Positions 53,511 to 64,000 of a stretch of DNA of 64,000 nucleotides are shown piece by piece (position 1 is the stretch's first letter; each line of letters begins with the position of its first letter). A program made the translations under genes and the position numbers. The notes under the pieces are model-generated. The model ran no database searches and was not told where the DNA came from. It worked only from the letters and a program-made list of their open reading frames with translations. Origin of the DNA: an uncultured Candidatus Saccharibacteria bacterium (GTDB taxonomy: Bacteria; Patescibacteriota; Minisyncoccia; UBA6257; 2-01-FULL-56-20); the NCBI GenBank assembly GCA_964646415.1, contig CAZYEL010000003.1, forward strand, positions 11,639 through 75,638. Reading direction: 5' to 3'.

Positions 53511-53879
53511 TTAGACAATTTCTTCCGCCATCGTCATAAGTTTCTCGAACCCGCGGCCCTTGAGCTCACGCGGCATGGGCCCGAACACCCTGGTCGCCAC
53601 CGGTTCCTTCTTTGCATCGACAAGCACCACCGCGTTTTCATCAAACCGAACGTAGGAGCCGTCGGAACGCCGCATCGCCGCGCGCGAGCGCACGACAAGC
53701 ACCCTCACTACATCCTTCTTTTTAATCGTCTTGCGCGGCTCGGCTACTTGCACCGAAGCCACCACGATATCCCCCACTCGCGCATAGTGACGCCGCGTGC
53801 CTCCCAAAACGCGAAAACACCGGACGATTTTGGCGCCACTGTTATCGGCTACTTTCAATATAGAACGTTCTTGAATCAT
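53511..53879 (-). CDS. rplN: 50S ribosomal protein L14
   Basis: MIQERSILKVADNSGAKIVRCFRVLGG... Confidence 0.9.
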   Translation of the reverse strand: MIQERSILKVADNSGAKIVRCFRVLGGTRRHYARVGDIVVASVQVAEPRKTIKKKDVVRVLVVRSRAAMRRSDGSYVRFDENAVVLVDAKKEPVATRVFGPMPRELKGRGFEKLMTMAEEIV

Positions 53880-53900
53880 GGTACTAACTTAGGTTATAAG

Positions 53901-54155
53901 TTATGCGTTTACCTTCCCGACTATCTTCCACCTTTTCTCCTTAGATAGAGGACGCGTTTCTTCGATAATGACGCGCATGCCGACCGCATATTCATTCTTC
54001 TCATCGTGCGCCTTCACCCGCGTGGTGACGGTATAATACTTATGGTACTTGGGATGTTTCTTACCCTGCGAGATCGCGACCACGCGCGTCTTGCTCATGC
54101 GGTCCGAAACCACCACCCCCTCACGGATTCTTTTTTTTGTTTCTTGTTGCATCAC
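53901..54155 (-). CDS. rpsQ: 30S ribosomal protein S17
   Basis: ...GVVVSDRMSKTRVVAISQGKKHPKYHKY. Confidence 0.85.
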   Translation of the reverse strand: MMQQETKKRIREGVVVSDRMSKTRVVAISQGKKHPKYHKYYTVTTRVKAHDEKNEYAVGMRVIIEETRPLSKEKRWKIVGKVNA

Positions 54156-54373
54156 TTTGTAGTTGTAGATAGTACGGCATCAGCCTGCTCCCGCAATAAT
54201 GTAGCCATACGCGCAATTCCTTTCCTCGTACTCCGAAGTTCCGCCACATTCTTCACCTTTCCTGCCGCCAAGTCAAACCGAAGCTTCCGAAGCTTCTCGC
54301 GCGCTTCGGCAACCATCTTCTGAAGTTCCGCTGTCGGTTTCGTCTTTAATTGTGCGAAATCGCGCCGCTTCAT
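54152..54373 (-). CDS. rpmC: 50S ribosomal protein L29
   Basis: 73 aa helical protein ...ELQKMVAEAREKLRKLRFDLAAG. Confidence 0.8.
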   Translation of the reverse strand: MKRRDFAQLKTKPTAELQKMVAEAREKLRKLRFDLAAGKVKNVAELRSTRKGIARMATLLREQADAVLSTTTK

Positions 54374-54374
54374 T

Positions 54375-54788
54375 TTATCCTTTTTCTATTATCCTGCTTT
54401 TGAAAGGAAGTTTGTGTCCCGCAAGCGTAAGAGCTCTTTCCGCTACTTCTGATTCCACGCCGTCCACCTCAAATACCACGCGTCCGGGGAGCACTCTCAC
54501 GACATAGTGGTCCACGCTCCCTTTGCCGCCTCCCATCGTGGTTTCCGGTGGACGCTTGGTAATGGGCTTATCGGGAAATACGCGAATCCAAAGGCGGCCC
54601 CGCCGGTTCATATGCCCCGTAATCGCTTTTCTTGCCGCTTCAATCTGGCGCGAGTTGATCCTCGCGGGTTCGAGCGCTTTCAAGCCATACTGGCCATACG
54701 CCACGGAAAGACCGCGCGTCTCCACCTTCCGTTTTTTGGAGCGGCCCTTATGCCATTTCCGGTGTTTTACTTTTTTGGGGATAAGCAT
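54375..54788 (-). CDS. rplP: 50S ribosomal protein L16
   Basis: MLIPKKVKHRKWHKGRSKKRKVETRG... Confidence 0.9.
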   Translation of the reverse strand: MLIPKKVKHRKWHKGRSKKRKVETRGLSVAYGQYGLKALEPARINSRQIEAARKAITGHMNRRGRLWIRVFPDKPITKRPPETTMGGGKGSVDHYVVRVLPGRVVFEVDGVESEVAERALTLAGHKLPFKSRIIEKG

Positions 54789-54818
54789 GGTAGTTGCCTA
54801 ATACAAATTGCAAATCGC

Positions 54819-55544
54819 TTATCGTTCAGAATCCCGATCAGCGCTTTGCGATTCGCCCTTTGCCTTCTCTTGGAATATCTCCCCTTTATAAATCCAAACT
54901 TTGATGCCCACCGTCCCATAACTCGTGAAAGCGGTAGCCGTGCCATAATCGATATCCGCGCGGAGCGTTTGCAACGGCAATGAACCGCGCGTGAGTCGTT
55001 CCCGCCTCGCTATTTCATTCCCGTCAAGCCTTCCACTCAAAAACACTTTTGCTCCTTTCACTTCCCGGTTCTGCATCATCTGCTCGATATACTTCTTCAT
55101 TGTGCGCCGGAATGGGAGCCGCTTCTCAAGGTCCCACGCAATTTGCTGTGCCACATACACCGCCGCAATCTGGGAACGCTTGAGCTCCTCCACATTCAAA
55201 GAAAGTCCGCTGGGGACGCCTTTCTCCTCCGCCGCGCCGCCGCGTCTCTTCCGCGCCAGCCGAAGTTCTTTCTCAATCGCCTTGGTGAGATCTTCAATGC
55301 CTTTGCCGCCGCGCCCGATGATAAAACCGGGGCGCGCTGCCTGAATCGAAACTTTCAATTTATTCGAAGTTCGCTCGATTTCCAGCGAGGAAACGCCCGC
55401 CTGGGCGATTTTCCCTCTAACCACTCGCCGGATTACTTCATCTTCCTCAAGGAAACGCCCGTAGTTCCCTTTGAGAAGCCACCGTGCGGGCCAATTTTTC
55501 ACCACCCCCATGCGGAGCGATATTGGATTGATTTTCTGTCCCAT
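54819..55544 (-). CDS. rpsC: 30S ribosomal protein S3
   Basis: MGQKINPISLRMGVVKNWPARW... (KH domain). Confidence 0.9.
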   Translation of the reverse strand: MGQKINPISLRMGVVKNWPARWLLKGNYGRFLEEDEVIRRVVRGKIAQAGVSSLEIERTSNKLKVSIQAARPGFIIGRGGKGIEDLTKAIEKELRLARKRRGGAAEEKGVPSGLSLNVEELKRSQIAAVYVAQQIAWDLEKRLPFRRTMKKYIEQMMQNREVKGAKVFLSGRLDGNEIARRERLTRGSLPLQTLRADIDYGTATAFTSYGTVGIKVWIYKGEIFQEKAKGESQSADRDSER

Positions 55545-55644
55545 GTCGACTAGATAACTTTTAACATCGAGGTCTTAGCTTTTAGGTTGAGATTGTAACA
55601 TGCTTTCCCGCTTTTGCCACGTATCGTTTGCAGCTCAGAGCTCT

Positions 55645-56160
55645 TTATACTGATTTCCGCCTGAACATACGCTTCCAGAATCCTTGCTGTTTTCCCGGCG
55701 CGCGGGGTTCCGCACTCTCGGCCCCCGGCGTTCCCCCGGTCTTCTCTTTCTTCGGGCGATGGCGGTGTTCGTGTGATGCCTTTGGTTTGCGCTCCACCAC
55801 GATGGAGAAACGCGAAGGGCGCGGCGTCGAAGATTCGGTGAGTATCAGCGTTATCCTGCTCATTTTCTTCTGAATAGGAGTTGCCATCCCCCGCGCACGG
55901 GGAAGAGAACGCTTGAGCATTGTTCCCTGGTCCACGCGAATCTCGGAAATCACGAGGTTTCCCGTTTCGATTTTCTGCTGCGTTGCGTTCGCAACCGCAG
56001 AGCGAAGAAGCTTCAGAAGCGGCTTCGCCGCCCGCCGGCGCTGGAACATGAGTTCCGCCTCCGCTTCGTTCACCATTCTGCCGCGGAGCAAATCGGCAAT
56101 CGCACGAACCTTTCGGGGGGTCATGTGCAGATGATTCAATTGTGCGGAGATTCGTGCCAT
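55645..56160 (-). CDS. rplV: 50S ribosomal protein L22 with ~55-aa basic C-terminal extension
   Basis: MARISAQLNHLHMTPRKVRAIADLLRG... core, then ...HEHRHRPKKEKTGG...KRMFRRKSV tail. Confidence 0.8.
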   Translation of the reverse strand: MARISAQLNHLHMTPRKVRAIADLLRGRMVNEAEAELMFQRRRAAKPLLKLLRSAVANATQQKIETGNLVISEIRVDQGTMLKRSLPRARGMATPIQKKMSRITLILTESSTPRPSRFSIVVERKPKASHEHRHRPKKEKTGGTPGAESAEPRAPGKQQGFWKRMFRRKSV

Positions 56161-56166
56161 GGTGTT

Positions 56167-56496
56167 CTATTTCTTTGCTCCCGCTGCAGGCGCAGTAGGC
56201 GCGGCTGCCCCTTCCGCCTTCTGCTCAAGGTCACGCTGCATTTTCCCTCCGTGCTTCGTAAACCGGCGCGTCGGTGAAAACTCTCCCAACCGATGCCCGA
56301 CCATTTCTTCACTTATCCTCACTTCAACGAAGTCCTTTCCGTTGTGGACGGCGAACATAAACCCCACCATTTCGGGAGCGATTTCCGACGCACGGGACCA
56401 TGTTTTTATTGCAGGCGCATGCTCCGCCTTCAAACCCGCAATCTTTTTCAAAAGACGCGGGTCTACGTACGGGCCTTTTTTGGATGAACGTGACAT
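56167..56496 (-). CDS. rpsS: 30S ribosomal protein S19
   Basis: [19 protein letters not shown]... with a short Ala/Pro-rich C-terminal tail. Confidence 0.8.
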   Translation of the reverse strand: MSRSSKKGPYVDPRLLKKIAGLKAEHAPAIKTWSRASEIAPEMVGFMFAVHNGKDFVEVRISEEMVGHRLGEFSPTRRFTKHGGKMQRDLEQKAEGAAAPTAPAAGAKK

Positions 56497-56522
56497 AAGA
56501 GCAAATGAAAAGTTTTTGGTTT

Positions 56523-57356
56523 TTAGTGAGTACCCCTCGGACGGCGCGAAACAATGAAGGGGTTCGACCACTTGCGGCGGTTACGCGTCCTCCGTCCTCC
56601 GGTTACTTTGCCCCACAGCGTTTTAGGCTTCCGCGTACCGCGCGGCTGCCGGCCTTCACCACCTCCATACGGGTGGTCCACCGGATTCATCACCGAGCCG
56701 CGAACTGTCGGGCGCACTCCCCGCCATCGAGACCGTCCCGCTTTTCCTATAACCACCAAATTGTGTTCCGGATTGGACATCTGCCCGAGCGATGCAAACG
56801 CCTCCCACGAAACCCGGCGGACCGCACCCGAAGATAACTTGAGGTCGGTATGCCCATCGGCATTCGCGAGCACTTCCGCATAGGACCCGGCGGAACGCGC
56901 GAGCGCGCCGCCACTCCCGGGGCGGGTTTCCACATTATGCACTTGATATCCCACGGGGATACTTTTGAGCATCATACGATTTCCTATCTTGAGCGGCGCG
57001 GAGCTTGCCGTCACAACTTCATCTCCCTCCTTCAGTCCGTGCGGTGCAAGCACGTAACGAAGCGTCCCGTCGGCAAATTGCACTCTCGCGATAAACGCCG
57101 TGCGGTAGGGGTCGTACTCAATACCAAGCACTTTTGCCGGTTCGTTGATGCGCTCCTGGCGAAAATCCACCATGCGATACCGGCGTTTTACGCCACCTCC
57201 CTGATGCCGCATCGTAATCCGCCCCGCAGAATTCCGTCCCGCGTGCGACTGTAAGGTTACCAGCAGCTTTTTAACCGGCTTCGCCTTGCTCAGGCCTCGG
57301 TAATCCACTCCCGTCATAAAACGCCGCGATGGCGTGTAGGGTGCGTAAGACTTCAT
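56523..57356 (-). CDS. rplB: 50S ribosomal protein L2
   Basis: ...[21 protein letters not shown]... Confidence 0.9.
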   Translation of the reverse strand: MKSYAPYTPSRRFMTGVDYRGLSKAKPVKKLLVTLQSHAGRNSAGRITMRHQGGGVKRRYRMVDFRQERINEPAKVLGIEYDPYRTAFIARVQFADGTLRYVLAPHGLKEGDEVVTASSAPLKIGNRMMLKSIPVGYQVHNVETRPGSGGALARSAGSYAEVLANADGHTDLKLSSGAVRRVSWEAFASLGQMSNPEHNLVVIGKAGRSRWRGVRPTVRGSVMNPVDHPYGGGEGRQPRGTRKPKTLWGKVTGGRRTRNRRKWSNPFIVSRRPRGTH

Positions 57357-57361
57357 AATAG

Positions 57362-57640
57362 TTATTTCCCGAAATCAATGGTTTCCCCTTTCCGCAGGGT
57401 AATGAGCGCCTTTTTATGCCCGCCTTGCATGCTGCGCAATGCACCCATGCGTTTCTGCTTCGCGGGGCGGCGAACAATATTTACTTGCATAACATGCACG
57501 CTGTACAAGCGCTCCACCGCTTTCCGAATTTCGGGCTTTGTCGCGTTCGGTTGTACTATAAAAACATACTTCCCCTCCTTTGTGAAGGAAAGTGCTTTCT
57601 CGGTCTGCCACGGTTTTTTGAGCGGAAAATGCGTCTTCAT
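57362..57640 (-). CDS. rplW: 50S ribosomal protein L23
   Basis: 92 aa ...YVFIVQPNATKPEIRKAVERLYSVHV. Confidence 0.85.
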   Translation of the reverse strand: MKTHFPLKKPWQTEKALSFTKEGKYVFIVQPNATKPEIRKAVERLYSVHVMQVNIVRRPAKQKRMGALRSMQGGHKKALITLRKGETIDFGK

Positions 57641-57641
57641 G

Positions 57642-58310
57642 TTATGAGCGGTGATATTGTTTCGCCAGGGAAGAAACCACTTCTTTATCCATAAACACGC
57701 GCTTGTGATTCAGAAGATCGTACACGTTTAATCCGGAAGAATGCACCGCCTTTACCTTGGGAAGATTCGCGGCGGCGCGGAAAATGCCTTTTTCCCGCTC
57801 TCCCGCCACAAGCAGTACATCGAATTTTTTTACTTTCGCAGATGATGCGGTAAGCGTCCGCAAAATTGCCGCGAGCATTTTTGTTTTTGGCTGCTCCGGA
57901 CGAAGACCCTCAATCACTTTTATTGCGCCGCCCCGGAATTTGTCCGCGAGCACGGAGATAATTGCCGTGCGATTCATTTTCTTGTTTACCTTCTGGGTAT
58001 AATCGCGTTCTTTCTGCGGGCCGTGTGATTTGCCGCCGCCCACCCACAAAGGAGAGCGAGTGGAACCATGCCGCGCGCGTCCCGTTCCTTTTTGCCGCCA
58101 CGGCTTCCTGCCGCCGCCGCGCACTTCACTGCGCCCCTTCGCATGCGCCCACGGACGACGCTTGTTCGCCTGCTGCGCAAGAAGCACCTGGGCAACGAGC
58201 GCAGGTCGCGAAGGGGCGCCGAAAATGGCGTCGGGGGCTTCCACCGTTCCGATCACCTCGTTTTTTATGTTGTAAACATCTACTTTCATGGAAAAATGTT
58301 GGGGGGACAA
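57642..58310 (-). CDS. rplD: 50S ribosomal protein L4
   Basis: ...RRPWAHAKGRSEVRGGGRKPWRQKGTGRARHGS. Confidence 0.85.
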   Translation of the reverse strand: MSPQHFSMKVDVYNIKNEVIGTVEAPDAIFGAPSRPALVAQVLLAQQANKRRPWAHAKGRSEVRGGGRKPWRQKGTGRARHGSTRSPLWVGGGKSHGPQKERDYTQKVNKKMNRTAIISVLADKFRGGAIKVIEGLRPEQPKTKMLAAILRTLTASSAKVKKFDVLLVAGEREKGIFRAAANLPKVKAVHSSGLNVYDLLNHKRVFMDKEVVSSLAKQYHRS

Positions 58311-58327
58311 TTTTAAATTCGCATTTG

Positions 58328-58915
58328 CTACTCTACCTTCTGCGCTTTTATTTTCTCTATTTCCAAAAACCCTCCGCGCGCGCCCGGAACCGCCCCTCGC
58401 AAAAGCAGAATATTTTTCTCTTTATCCACGCCCGCCACCACGAGATTCTTCACTGTTACGCGGTCGACTCCCATGTGTCCCGCCATGCGCCGGCCGGGAA
58501 TCACGCGCTGCGGCGTGGTGTTCCCGATAGACCCCGGCATGCGGTGCCGGTTTTTTTGTCCGTGCGTTTTCGGCCCCCCGCTGAAGCCGTGCCGCTTCAC
58601 CACGCCCTGGAAACCCCGCCCCTTCGTGGTGCCGCTCACTCGCACCATATCTCCTTCGCTGAATGCCCCCACGGTAACCACATCCCCTTTCTTGAACGGA
58701 AACTCCGCAGGGACTTTCCCGCCGGAGGCGAACCCGCCTTTGGTGGAGAATTCTCTTTTATATTTCCCCAGAGCGAGCTGCACCGCTTCATAACCGTCTT
58801 TCGCCGCCGTGCGCATGAGCGAAACCGTATTCGGCGCAGCCTTAATCACAGTGACGGGAATCACCTTTTTATCCTTCCAAATCTGGTCCATTTTTAATTT
58901 TTTACCGAGGATGAA
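58328..58915 (-). CDS. rplC: 50S ribosomal protein L3
   Basis: MFILGKKLKMDQIW...KGRGFQGVVKRHGF. Confidence 0.85.
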   Translation of the reverse strand, partial: FILGKKLKMDQIWKDKKVIPVTVIKAAPNTVSLMRTAAKDGYEAVQLALGKYKREFSTKGGFASGGKVPAEFPFKKGDVVTVGAFSEGDMVRVSGTTKGRGFQGVVKRHGFSGGPKTHGQKNRHRMPGSIGNTTPQRVIPGRRMAGHMGVDRVTVKNLVVAGVDKEKNILLLRGAVPGARGGFLEIEKIKAQKVE

Positions 58916-59122
58916 CATAAAGTTACTAAAAATCGCCCAAGGAGACCCGGGCGATCGGTCAATCCTTGTGAAAACACCCACCTATGAATAGGCGATGTCC
59001 ATTAAAGCGACAGGAAGATAATAAGCTGCTTTCGGCGTGCTGTCAACGGGAACAATGCAAAAAGCGCATACGCGCCCTTGGGGCGCGTATGCGGACTCTT
59101 TCGTTCCCTGCGCCGGGGAAAA

Positions 59123-59458
59123 TCAAACCATCTTGATTTCGATGTCTACGCCCGCCGGCAAGTTGAGATTTCCCAACGATTCTATGATCTTCTGAGTCGG
59201 GTTCGCGATATCGATGAGGCGCTTATGCATCCGAAGCTCAAACTGCTCCCGTGAATCCTTGTGCACGAAAGGAGAACGATTCACCGTATACTTCTTAGTC
59301 TCCGTAGGAAGCGGGATAGGGCCCACCACTTTCGCATCGTTCCTCTCCGCCGCGTCAATAATCTGGCGCGCGGAAGCATCAATCAACTTATGGTCGTAGG
59401 AACGAATCCGCAAGCGAAGCTTCTGCGGGAAATCTTTTTCTGGCTGTTTCTTTGCCAT
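59123..59458 (-). CDS. rpsJ: 30S ribosomal protein S10
   Basis: ...[42 protein letters not shown]. Confidence 0.9.
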   Translation of the reverse strand: MAKKQPEKDFPQKLRLRIRSYDHKLIDASARQIIDAAERNDAKVVGPIPLPTETKKYTVNRSPFVHKDSREQFELRMHKRLIDIANPTQKIIESLGNLNLPAGVDIEIKMV

Positions 59459-59541
59459 AACGGATAGCTTTAAGGTTGAAGCGATAGGATTTAAGTTTGC
59501 ATTCAGATTTCTACTCGAAGCTTAAAGCTCGAAGCTTAAAG

Positions 59542-60741
59542 CTATTTGGAAATCTTCGTCACCACTCCCGCACCGACGGTCTTTCCTCCTTCACGGATTG
59601 CAAACCGTTGCTTCTCTTCAAGCGCGACCGGCGAAATGAGCTTCACGGTGATTTTCACGGTGTCGCCCGGCATCACCATTTCCATTCCCTGGGGCAAAGT
59701 GATTTCCCCAGTTACGTCCGTCGTGCGGATATAGAATTGCGGTTTATATCCACCAAAGAACGGCGAGTGGCGCCCGCCTTCCTCTTTCGAAAGAACATAT
59801 ACTTCCGCATCAAAATCGGTATGGGGCGTCACACTCCCCGGTTTCGCCACCACCTGACCGCGCTCTACATCTTCTTTCTTCAAGCCGCGGAGAAGAACGC
59901 CCACGTTGTCACCCGCAATCACTTCGTCCAAAAGCTTATTGAACATTTCAATTCCTGTTATGACCGTCTTTTGCGTGGGGCGGAGTCCGATGATCTCCAC
60001 TTCTTCGTTCACCTTTGCCTTACCGCGCTCCGCACGACCCGTCACCACCGTACCGCGCCCTTCAATCGAGAAAATGTCCTCGATTGGCATAAGGAATGGC
60101 TTATCCAAATCGCGTACCGGATTCGGCACAAATTCATCAAGCGCTTTCACTAAATCCATAATCGGCTTCGCATCAGCCTCATCCGCCGATTTGGAATTCA
60201 ACGCTTTCAAGGCGGACCCGCGGATAATCGGCGTAGTGTCGCCGGGGAATTCATACTTCTTCAAGAGCTCACGCACTTCGGACTCCACGAGGTCGATAAG
60301 TTCCGGGTCATCCACCTGGTCAACTTTGTTCAAAAACACCACAATCGCCGGCACGCCTACCTGACGCGCAAGGAGAATGTGCTCACGCGTCTGCGGCATG
60401 GGGCCATCCGCGGCGGAAACCACAAGTACGGCGCCGTCCATCTGCGCGGCACCCGTAATCATGTTCTTAATATAATCTGCGTGCCCCGGCGCATCAATGT
60501 GCGCATAGTGGCGCTTTTCCGATTCATACTCCGAGTGATGGAGTGCAATGGTAATACCGCGCGCCTTTTCTTCCGGCGCGTTGTCGATCTGGTCAACTGC
60601 TTCTTCCTTCTTCGCCCAACCCTTCATAAAAAGGACATGGGTAATGGCGGCCGTAAGGGTCGTCTTCCCATGGTCCACGTGACCAATCGTACCCACATTC
60701 ACGTGCGGCTTCGTCCGGCTAAACTTTTCCTTCTCTGCCAT
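59542..60741 (-). CDS. tuf: elongation factor Tu
   Basis: [22 protein letters not shown] motifs. 399 aa. Confidence 0.95.
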   Translation of the reverse strand: MAEKEKFSRTKPHVNVGTIGHVDHGKTTLTAAITHVLFMKGWAKKEEAVDQIDNAPEEKARGITIALHHSEYESEKRHYAHIDAPGHADYIKNMITGAAQMDGAVLVVSAADGPMPQTREHILLARQVGVPAIVVFLNKVDQVDDPELIDLVESEVRELLKKYEFPGDTTPIIRGSALKALNSKSADEADAKPIMDLVKALDEFVPNPVRDLDKPFLMPIEDIFSIEGRGTVVTGRAERGKAKVNEEVEIIGLRPTQKTVITGIEMFNKLLDEVIAGDNVGVLLRGLKKEDVERGQVVAKPGSVTPHTDFDAEVYVLSKEEGGRHSPFFGGYKPQFYIRTTDVTGEITLPQGMEMVMPGDTVKITVKLISPVALEEKQRFAIREGGKTVGAGVVTKISK

Positions 60742-60843
60742 TGGATAATAAAACTTGGGTTAATTTGTTATACGACAATAGTTCATTCTATGGAGAAAGG
60801 CCCAATTGTCAAGCACTATGCCTGTGGATTCCTCTGATGCTAT

Positions 60844-62973
60844 TTACTTCTTCTTCCCTTCAACAATCAGCTGTTCGATGTTCTTCGGAACCGGTTCGTA
60901 GTGGTCGAATTCCATCGTGAAGCTCCCGCGGCCCTGCGTCATCGAGCGGAGTTCCGTGGCGTAGCCGAACATTTCGGCAAGCGGTACCTTCGCATCAATC
61001 ACTTTCACGTTCACGCGGTCGCCGAGATTCTCGATCTTCCCGCGCTTGGAATTCACGTTGCCCGTTACCTCGCCGAGGAAATCCGGCGGCACTATTACTT
61101 GAAGTTTCATGATGGGCTCAAGAATCACGGGATTGGCGCGCTTCGCCGCTTCCTGAAACGCCATAGAGCCGGCGATTTTGAACGCCGCCTCGGACGAGTC
61201 GACTTCGTGGAACGAGCCGTCATAGAGCTCCACCTCCACGTCGACTATCGGATAATGCGCGACGATGCCCCGGTCAAGCGCTTCCTTCACTCCCTTTTCC
61301 ACGGCCGGAATGAATTCGCGCGGAATAACCCCTCCCTTGATTGCGTCGGTAAACACGAACCCCGAACTCCGTTCAAGGGACTTCACGCGCAAACGCACAT
61401 GCCCGTACTGCCCGCGGCCTCCGGACTGTTTGATATATTTGCCTTCCGCCTCCGCCTCTCCCAAAATCGTTTCTTTGTAGGCCACTTGAGGTCTGCCCAC
61501 CGACGCCTCGACGCCGAATTCGCGCTTCATACGGTCCACGATGATTTCGAGGTGAAGCTCGCCCATGCCGGAGATAATCGTCTCCCCCGTATCCGGGTCG
61601 CCTGCCACGCGGAACGTGGGGTCCTCCTCCGCAAGACGGTGAAGCGCCGTACCCATCTTTTCCTGGTCGGCCTTCGTCTTCGGCTCAATCCGAATCCCGA
61701 TGACCGGCTCGGGGAAAATGATCTTTTCGAGAACCAGAGGATGCTCCGGGTCGCACAGCGTGTCTCCCGTCGTCGTGTTTTTGAGCCCCACAATCGCCGC
61801 GATTTCTCCCGCGTACACTTCCTCGACTTCTTCCCGTTGGTTCGCGTGCATCCGCACGACGCGTCCAATGCGCTCCTGATTCCCCTTGGTGGCATTCAAA
61901 ATGTAGGAACCGCGCCGCAGTACGCCCGCGTAGTTGCGGAAATAGGTGAGCGAGCCCACATAGGGATCCGCCGCGATTTTGAACGCAAGGGCGGTAAAGG
62001 GTTCCGCGTCATCCGCCCTGCGGGTGATTTCAGTTCCTGTTTTTTCATCCGTTCCTTTTACCGGCGGCAAATCCAAGGGCGAGGGAAGGAAGTCTACCAC
62101 CGCATCCAGCACAAATTGCACTCCCTTGTTTTTTAACGCCGAACCGCACAAGACCGGCACGATTCTGTTCTGAATCACCGATTTCCGCAACGTCCTCCGG
62201 AGGTCCTCAAGCTCAATCGTTTTCCCCTCAAGATAATGCGCCATCACGGCATCGTCCGCCTCGACGATTTTTTCAACCAGCTCATGCCGCCATTTCTCCA
62301 CTTCCGCTTTCATCTCGTCCGGAATGGGAATTTCTTTGATATTCTCGCCATGCTCGCCTTCGAACCCGAATGCTTTCATCCGCATAAGGTCAACCATGCC
62401 CTGGTATGTGCCCTCGGACCCTATGGGGAGCTGAATCGGCAGGGCATTCGGGGTAAGCCGCTCGCGAATCGCGTCGAAACTTCCCCAAAAACTTGCGCCC
62501 ATCCGGTCCATCTTGTTGATGAAACAAATCCGCGGCACATTGTATTCGTCCGCATAATGCCAGTTCGTTTCGGTCTGGGGTTCGACGCCGGAAACGCCGT
62601 CAAACACCACGACTGCTCCATCGAGCACGCGGAGCGAACGTTTCACCTCAACCGTAAAGTCAATGTGCCCCGGCGTGTCGATTAAGTTGATGCGGTGCGT
62701 AAAATTCTTGCGTTGCCCTGAGCTTGTCGAAGGGTCGCTTACGATATACGTCGGCGTCCAGAACGCGGTGGTCGCCGCGGCGGTAATCGTAATCCCGCGC
62801 TCGCGCTCCTGCTCCATCCAATCCATCACCGTGTCGCCCGTGTGCACTTCGCCGATTTTGTGGGATACGCCGGTATAAAAAAGAATCCGTTCGGAAACGG
62901 TGGTTTTGCCTGCATCGATGTGAGCGACGATGCCTATGTTTCTAATCTTTTCTACGGGGTATTCTCTGGGCAT
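60844..62973 (-). CDS. fusA: elongation factor G (with a lineage-specific insert before the [11 protein letters not shown] motif)
   Basis: [22 protein letters not shown] motifs. 709 aa. The insert [16 protein letters not shown] is encoded by a 19-mer also found at 657-675. Confidence 0.95.
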   Translation of the reverse strand: MPREYPVEKIRNIGIVAHIDAGKTTVSERILFYTGVSHKIGEVHTGDTVMDWMEQERERGITITAAATTAFWTPTYIVSDPSTSSGQRKNFTHRINLIDTPGHIDFTVEVKRSLRVLDGAVVVFDGVSGVEPQTETNWHYADEYNVPRICFINKMDRMGASFWGSFDAIRERLTPNALPIQLPIGSEGTYQGMVDLMRMKAFGFEGEHGENIKEIPIPDEMKAEVEKWRHELVEKIVEADDAVMAHYLEGKTIELEDLRRTLRKSVIQNRIVPVLCGSALKNKGVQFVLDAVVDFLPSPLDLPPVKGTDEKTGTEITRRADDAEPFTALAFKIAADPYVGSLTYFRNYAGVLRRGSYILNATKGNQERIGRVVRMHANQREEVEEVYAGEIAAIVGLKNTTTGDTLCDPEHPLVLEKIIFPEPVIGIRIEPKTKADQEKMGTALHRLAEEDPTFRVAGDPDTGETIISGMGELHLEIIVDRMKREFGVEASVGRPQVAYKETILGEAEAEGKYIKQSGGRGQYGHVRLRVKSLERSSGFVFTDAIKGGVIPREFIPAVEKGVKEALDRGIVAHYPIVDVEVELYDGSFHEVDSSEAAFKIAGSMAFQEAAKRANPVILEPIMKLQVIVPPDFLGEVTGNVNSKRGKIENLGDRVNVKVIDAKVPLAEMFGYATELRSMTQGRGSFTMEFDHYEPVPKNIEQLIVEGKKK
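62715..62733. repeat. 19-nt repeat ccctgagcttgtcgaaggg (copy inside fusA; identical copy at 657-675; degenerate copies at 7491-7528 and 63584-63600)
   Basis: Exact 19/19 identity between the intergenic site just upstream of paralog P1 and the fusA coding insert. Confidence 0.5.
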
Positions 62974-63059
62974 AATTAAGATGGCTTTTAGCTTTAAGGT
63001 GCAAGCGGTAAGTGAACTCGTATTTTGGCTGCTAGAAGCTTAAAGCTCAAAGCTTACAG

Positions 63060-63530
63060 CTAATATCTAGCAAAATGCGCAAATGCCCGGTTCGCCTCCG
63101 CCATGCGGTGCATGTCCTGTTTTTTCTTGATTGCGATGCCCTCGTTCTTTGCAGCAGCGATAAGTTCCTCCGCGAGCTTCTCGGCCATCGGCTTCCCTTT
63201 CTTTGACCTTGCAGCGCCCACGATCCAACGGATAGCGAGAATAAACCGCCGGTCGGGGCGCACCTCCTGCGGCACCTGATAGTTTGCGCCTCCCACGCGC
63301 CGGGAGCGCACTTCGAGCAAAGGCGATGCCTGCTCTACCGCTTTTTCAAAAACTTTTATCGGATCCTCGCCGGTTGCTTTTTTTACCGCATCAAATGCGT
63401 CATACACCAACCGCTCCGCAGTCGTCTTCTTCCCGTCGCGCATCACATAATTGATAAAACGCCCCAAGTCCACGCGGCTGTGGACAACGTCGGCTTTGTA
63501 ATGCTTTTTGTAAACTCGTTTCTTTCTCAT
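63060..63530 (-). CDS. rpsG: 30S ribosomal protein S7
   Basis: ...YKADVVHSRVDLGRFINYVMRDGKKTTAERLVYDAF. Confidence 0.9.
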   Translation of the reverse strand: MRKKRVYKKHYKADVVHSRVDLGRFINYVMRDGKKTTAERLVYDAFDAVKKATGEDPIKVFEKAVEQASPLLEVRSRRVGGANYQVPQEVRPDRRFILAIRWIVGAARSKKGKPMAEKLAEELIAAAKNEGIAIKKKQDMHRMAEANRAFAHFARY

Positions 63531-63531
63531 T

Positions 63532-63576
63532 GGAGTATTCGCGAATAACGCTAATTTGGATTCAATAATGCGAATC
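63532..63576. repeat. 45-nt conserved leader element with palindrome TATTCGCGAATA (copy upstream of rpsG)
   Basis: ggagtattcgcgaataacgctaatttggattcaataatgcgaatc sits immediately 5' of the rpsG start, as the other copy does for adk. Confidence 0.6.
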
Positions 63577-63656
63577 TATTTATGGTGAGCTTGTCGAACC
63601 ATCTGCGTTACCTGCCTACCGGCAGGCAGGTTTGCCTTAATTCGCGATATTAGCGA

Positions 63657-64000
63657 TTACTTCTTCGCCTGTTTCGCACCATACTTCGACCGCTGTTGCT
63701 TCCTGCCTTCCACTCCCGTCGTGTCGAGCACGCCGCGCACGATATGGTACCGCACGCCGGGCAAGTCTTTCACGCGCCCGCCCCGGATAACGACAATCGA
63801 GTGCTCCTGCAAATTATGTCCCTCGCCCGGAATATAGGCGGTAACTTCCATGCCGTTCGTGAGCCGCACACGTGCGACTTTCCGAAGCGCGGAGTTCGGC
63901 TTCTTGGGAGTTGTGGTAAACACCTTCACGCACACCCCCCGCTTGAAAGGCGAGGAAGAATCCACCGGACGATTCTGAATCGTATTGAAATAGTACGACA
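63657..64000 (-). CDS. rpsL: 30S ribosomal protein S12 (N-terminus beyond window end)
   Basis: ...[73 protein letters not shown]. The frame stays open up to nt 64000 (..NTIQNRP..). Confidence 0.9.
   Translation of the reverse strand, partial: SYYFNTIQNRPVDSSSPFKRGVCVKVFTTTPKKPNSALRKVARVRLTNGMEVTAYIPGEGHNLQEHSIVVIRGGRVKDLPGVRYHIVRGVLDTTGVEGRKQQRSKYGAKQAKK

Noticed and set aside
1-64000. CRISPR array or cas genes
   Set aside because: No array of regularly spaced identical repeats with unique spacers was seen. The repeats present are palindromic singletons or gene-sized paralogs.

Overview
This window is a bacterial chromosomal segment that fits a Candidate Phyla Radiation (Parcubacteria-like) genome. 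The S10-spc ribosomal superoperon lacks L30, S14 is the short zinc-binding type, and gene spacing is compact. The right half (36.8-64 kb) is core housekeeping: ftsEX, prfB with the classic +1 programmed frameshift, tRNA-Thr, dnaE, lysS, greA, a GT2 glycosyltransferase, map, two adk genes, secY, and rplO through rpsL with tuf and fusA. The left half is accessory and holds the unusual content.

- Cysteine-rich paralog family. Five divergent ~600-aa proteins plus two gene remnants are present. Each has modular zinc-ribbon architecture. Three full copies are in tandem at 0.7-6.8 kb, a partial copy is cut by the window start, and a fifth lies at 35-36.9 kb on the minus strand. A RelE/ParE toxin-antitoxin pair sits inside the array.
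- B12 scavenging module. A cobalamin riboswitch with a terminator expression platform drives a large surface protein that combines a prenyltransferase-like alpha/alpha toroid with a DUF4430 (transcobalamin-like) domain. Nearby are an ECF-S-like membrane protein, the corrinoid adenosyltransferase CobO and the B12-dependent ribonucleotide reductase NrdJ.
- Secreted metzincin. A 996-aa zinc metalloprotease with an HExxHxxGxxH motif lies between the two B12 blocks.
- Metal and redox island (20-32 kb). It carries CopA, CsoR, four YHS-domain proteins, DUF2933, DUF302, an ICMT-family methyltransferase, a thioredoxin-like protein, CcdA and DUF1573.
- Mobile DNA. An IS30-family element has a homopolymer-frameshifted transposase. 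Beside it is a second RelE/ParE pair bracketed by ~50-bp direct repeats.
- Repeat families. A GC-rich palindrome occurs twice intergenically and once in-frame inside prfB. A 19-mer is shared between an intergenic site and an in-frame insert in fusA. An AGCTTTAAG...CTTAAAGCT hairpin family fills four operon-internal gaps. A 45-nt leader that carries the 12-bp palindrome TATTCGCGAATA is shared by adk and rpsG.

All calls rest on reading the sequence and translations. No database searches were run.
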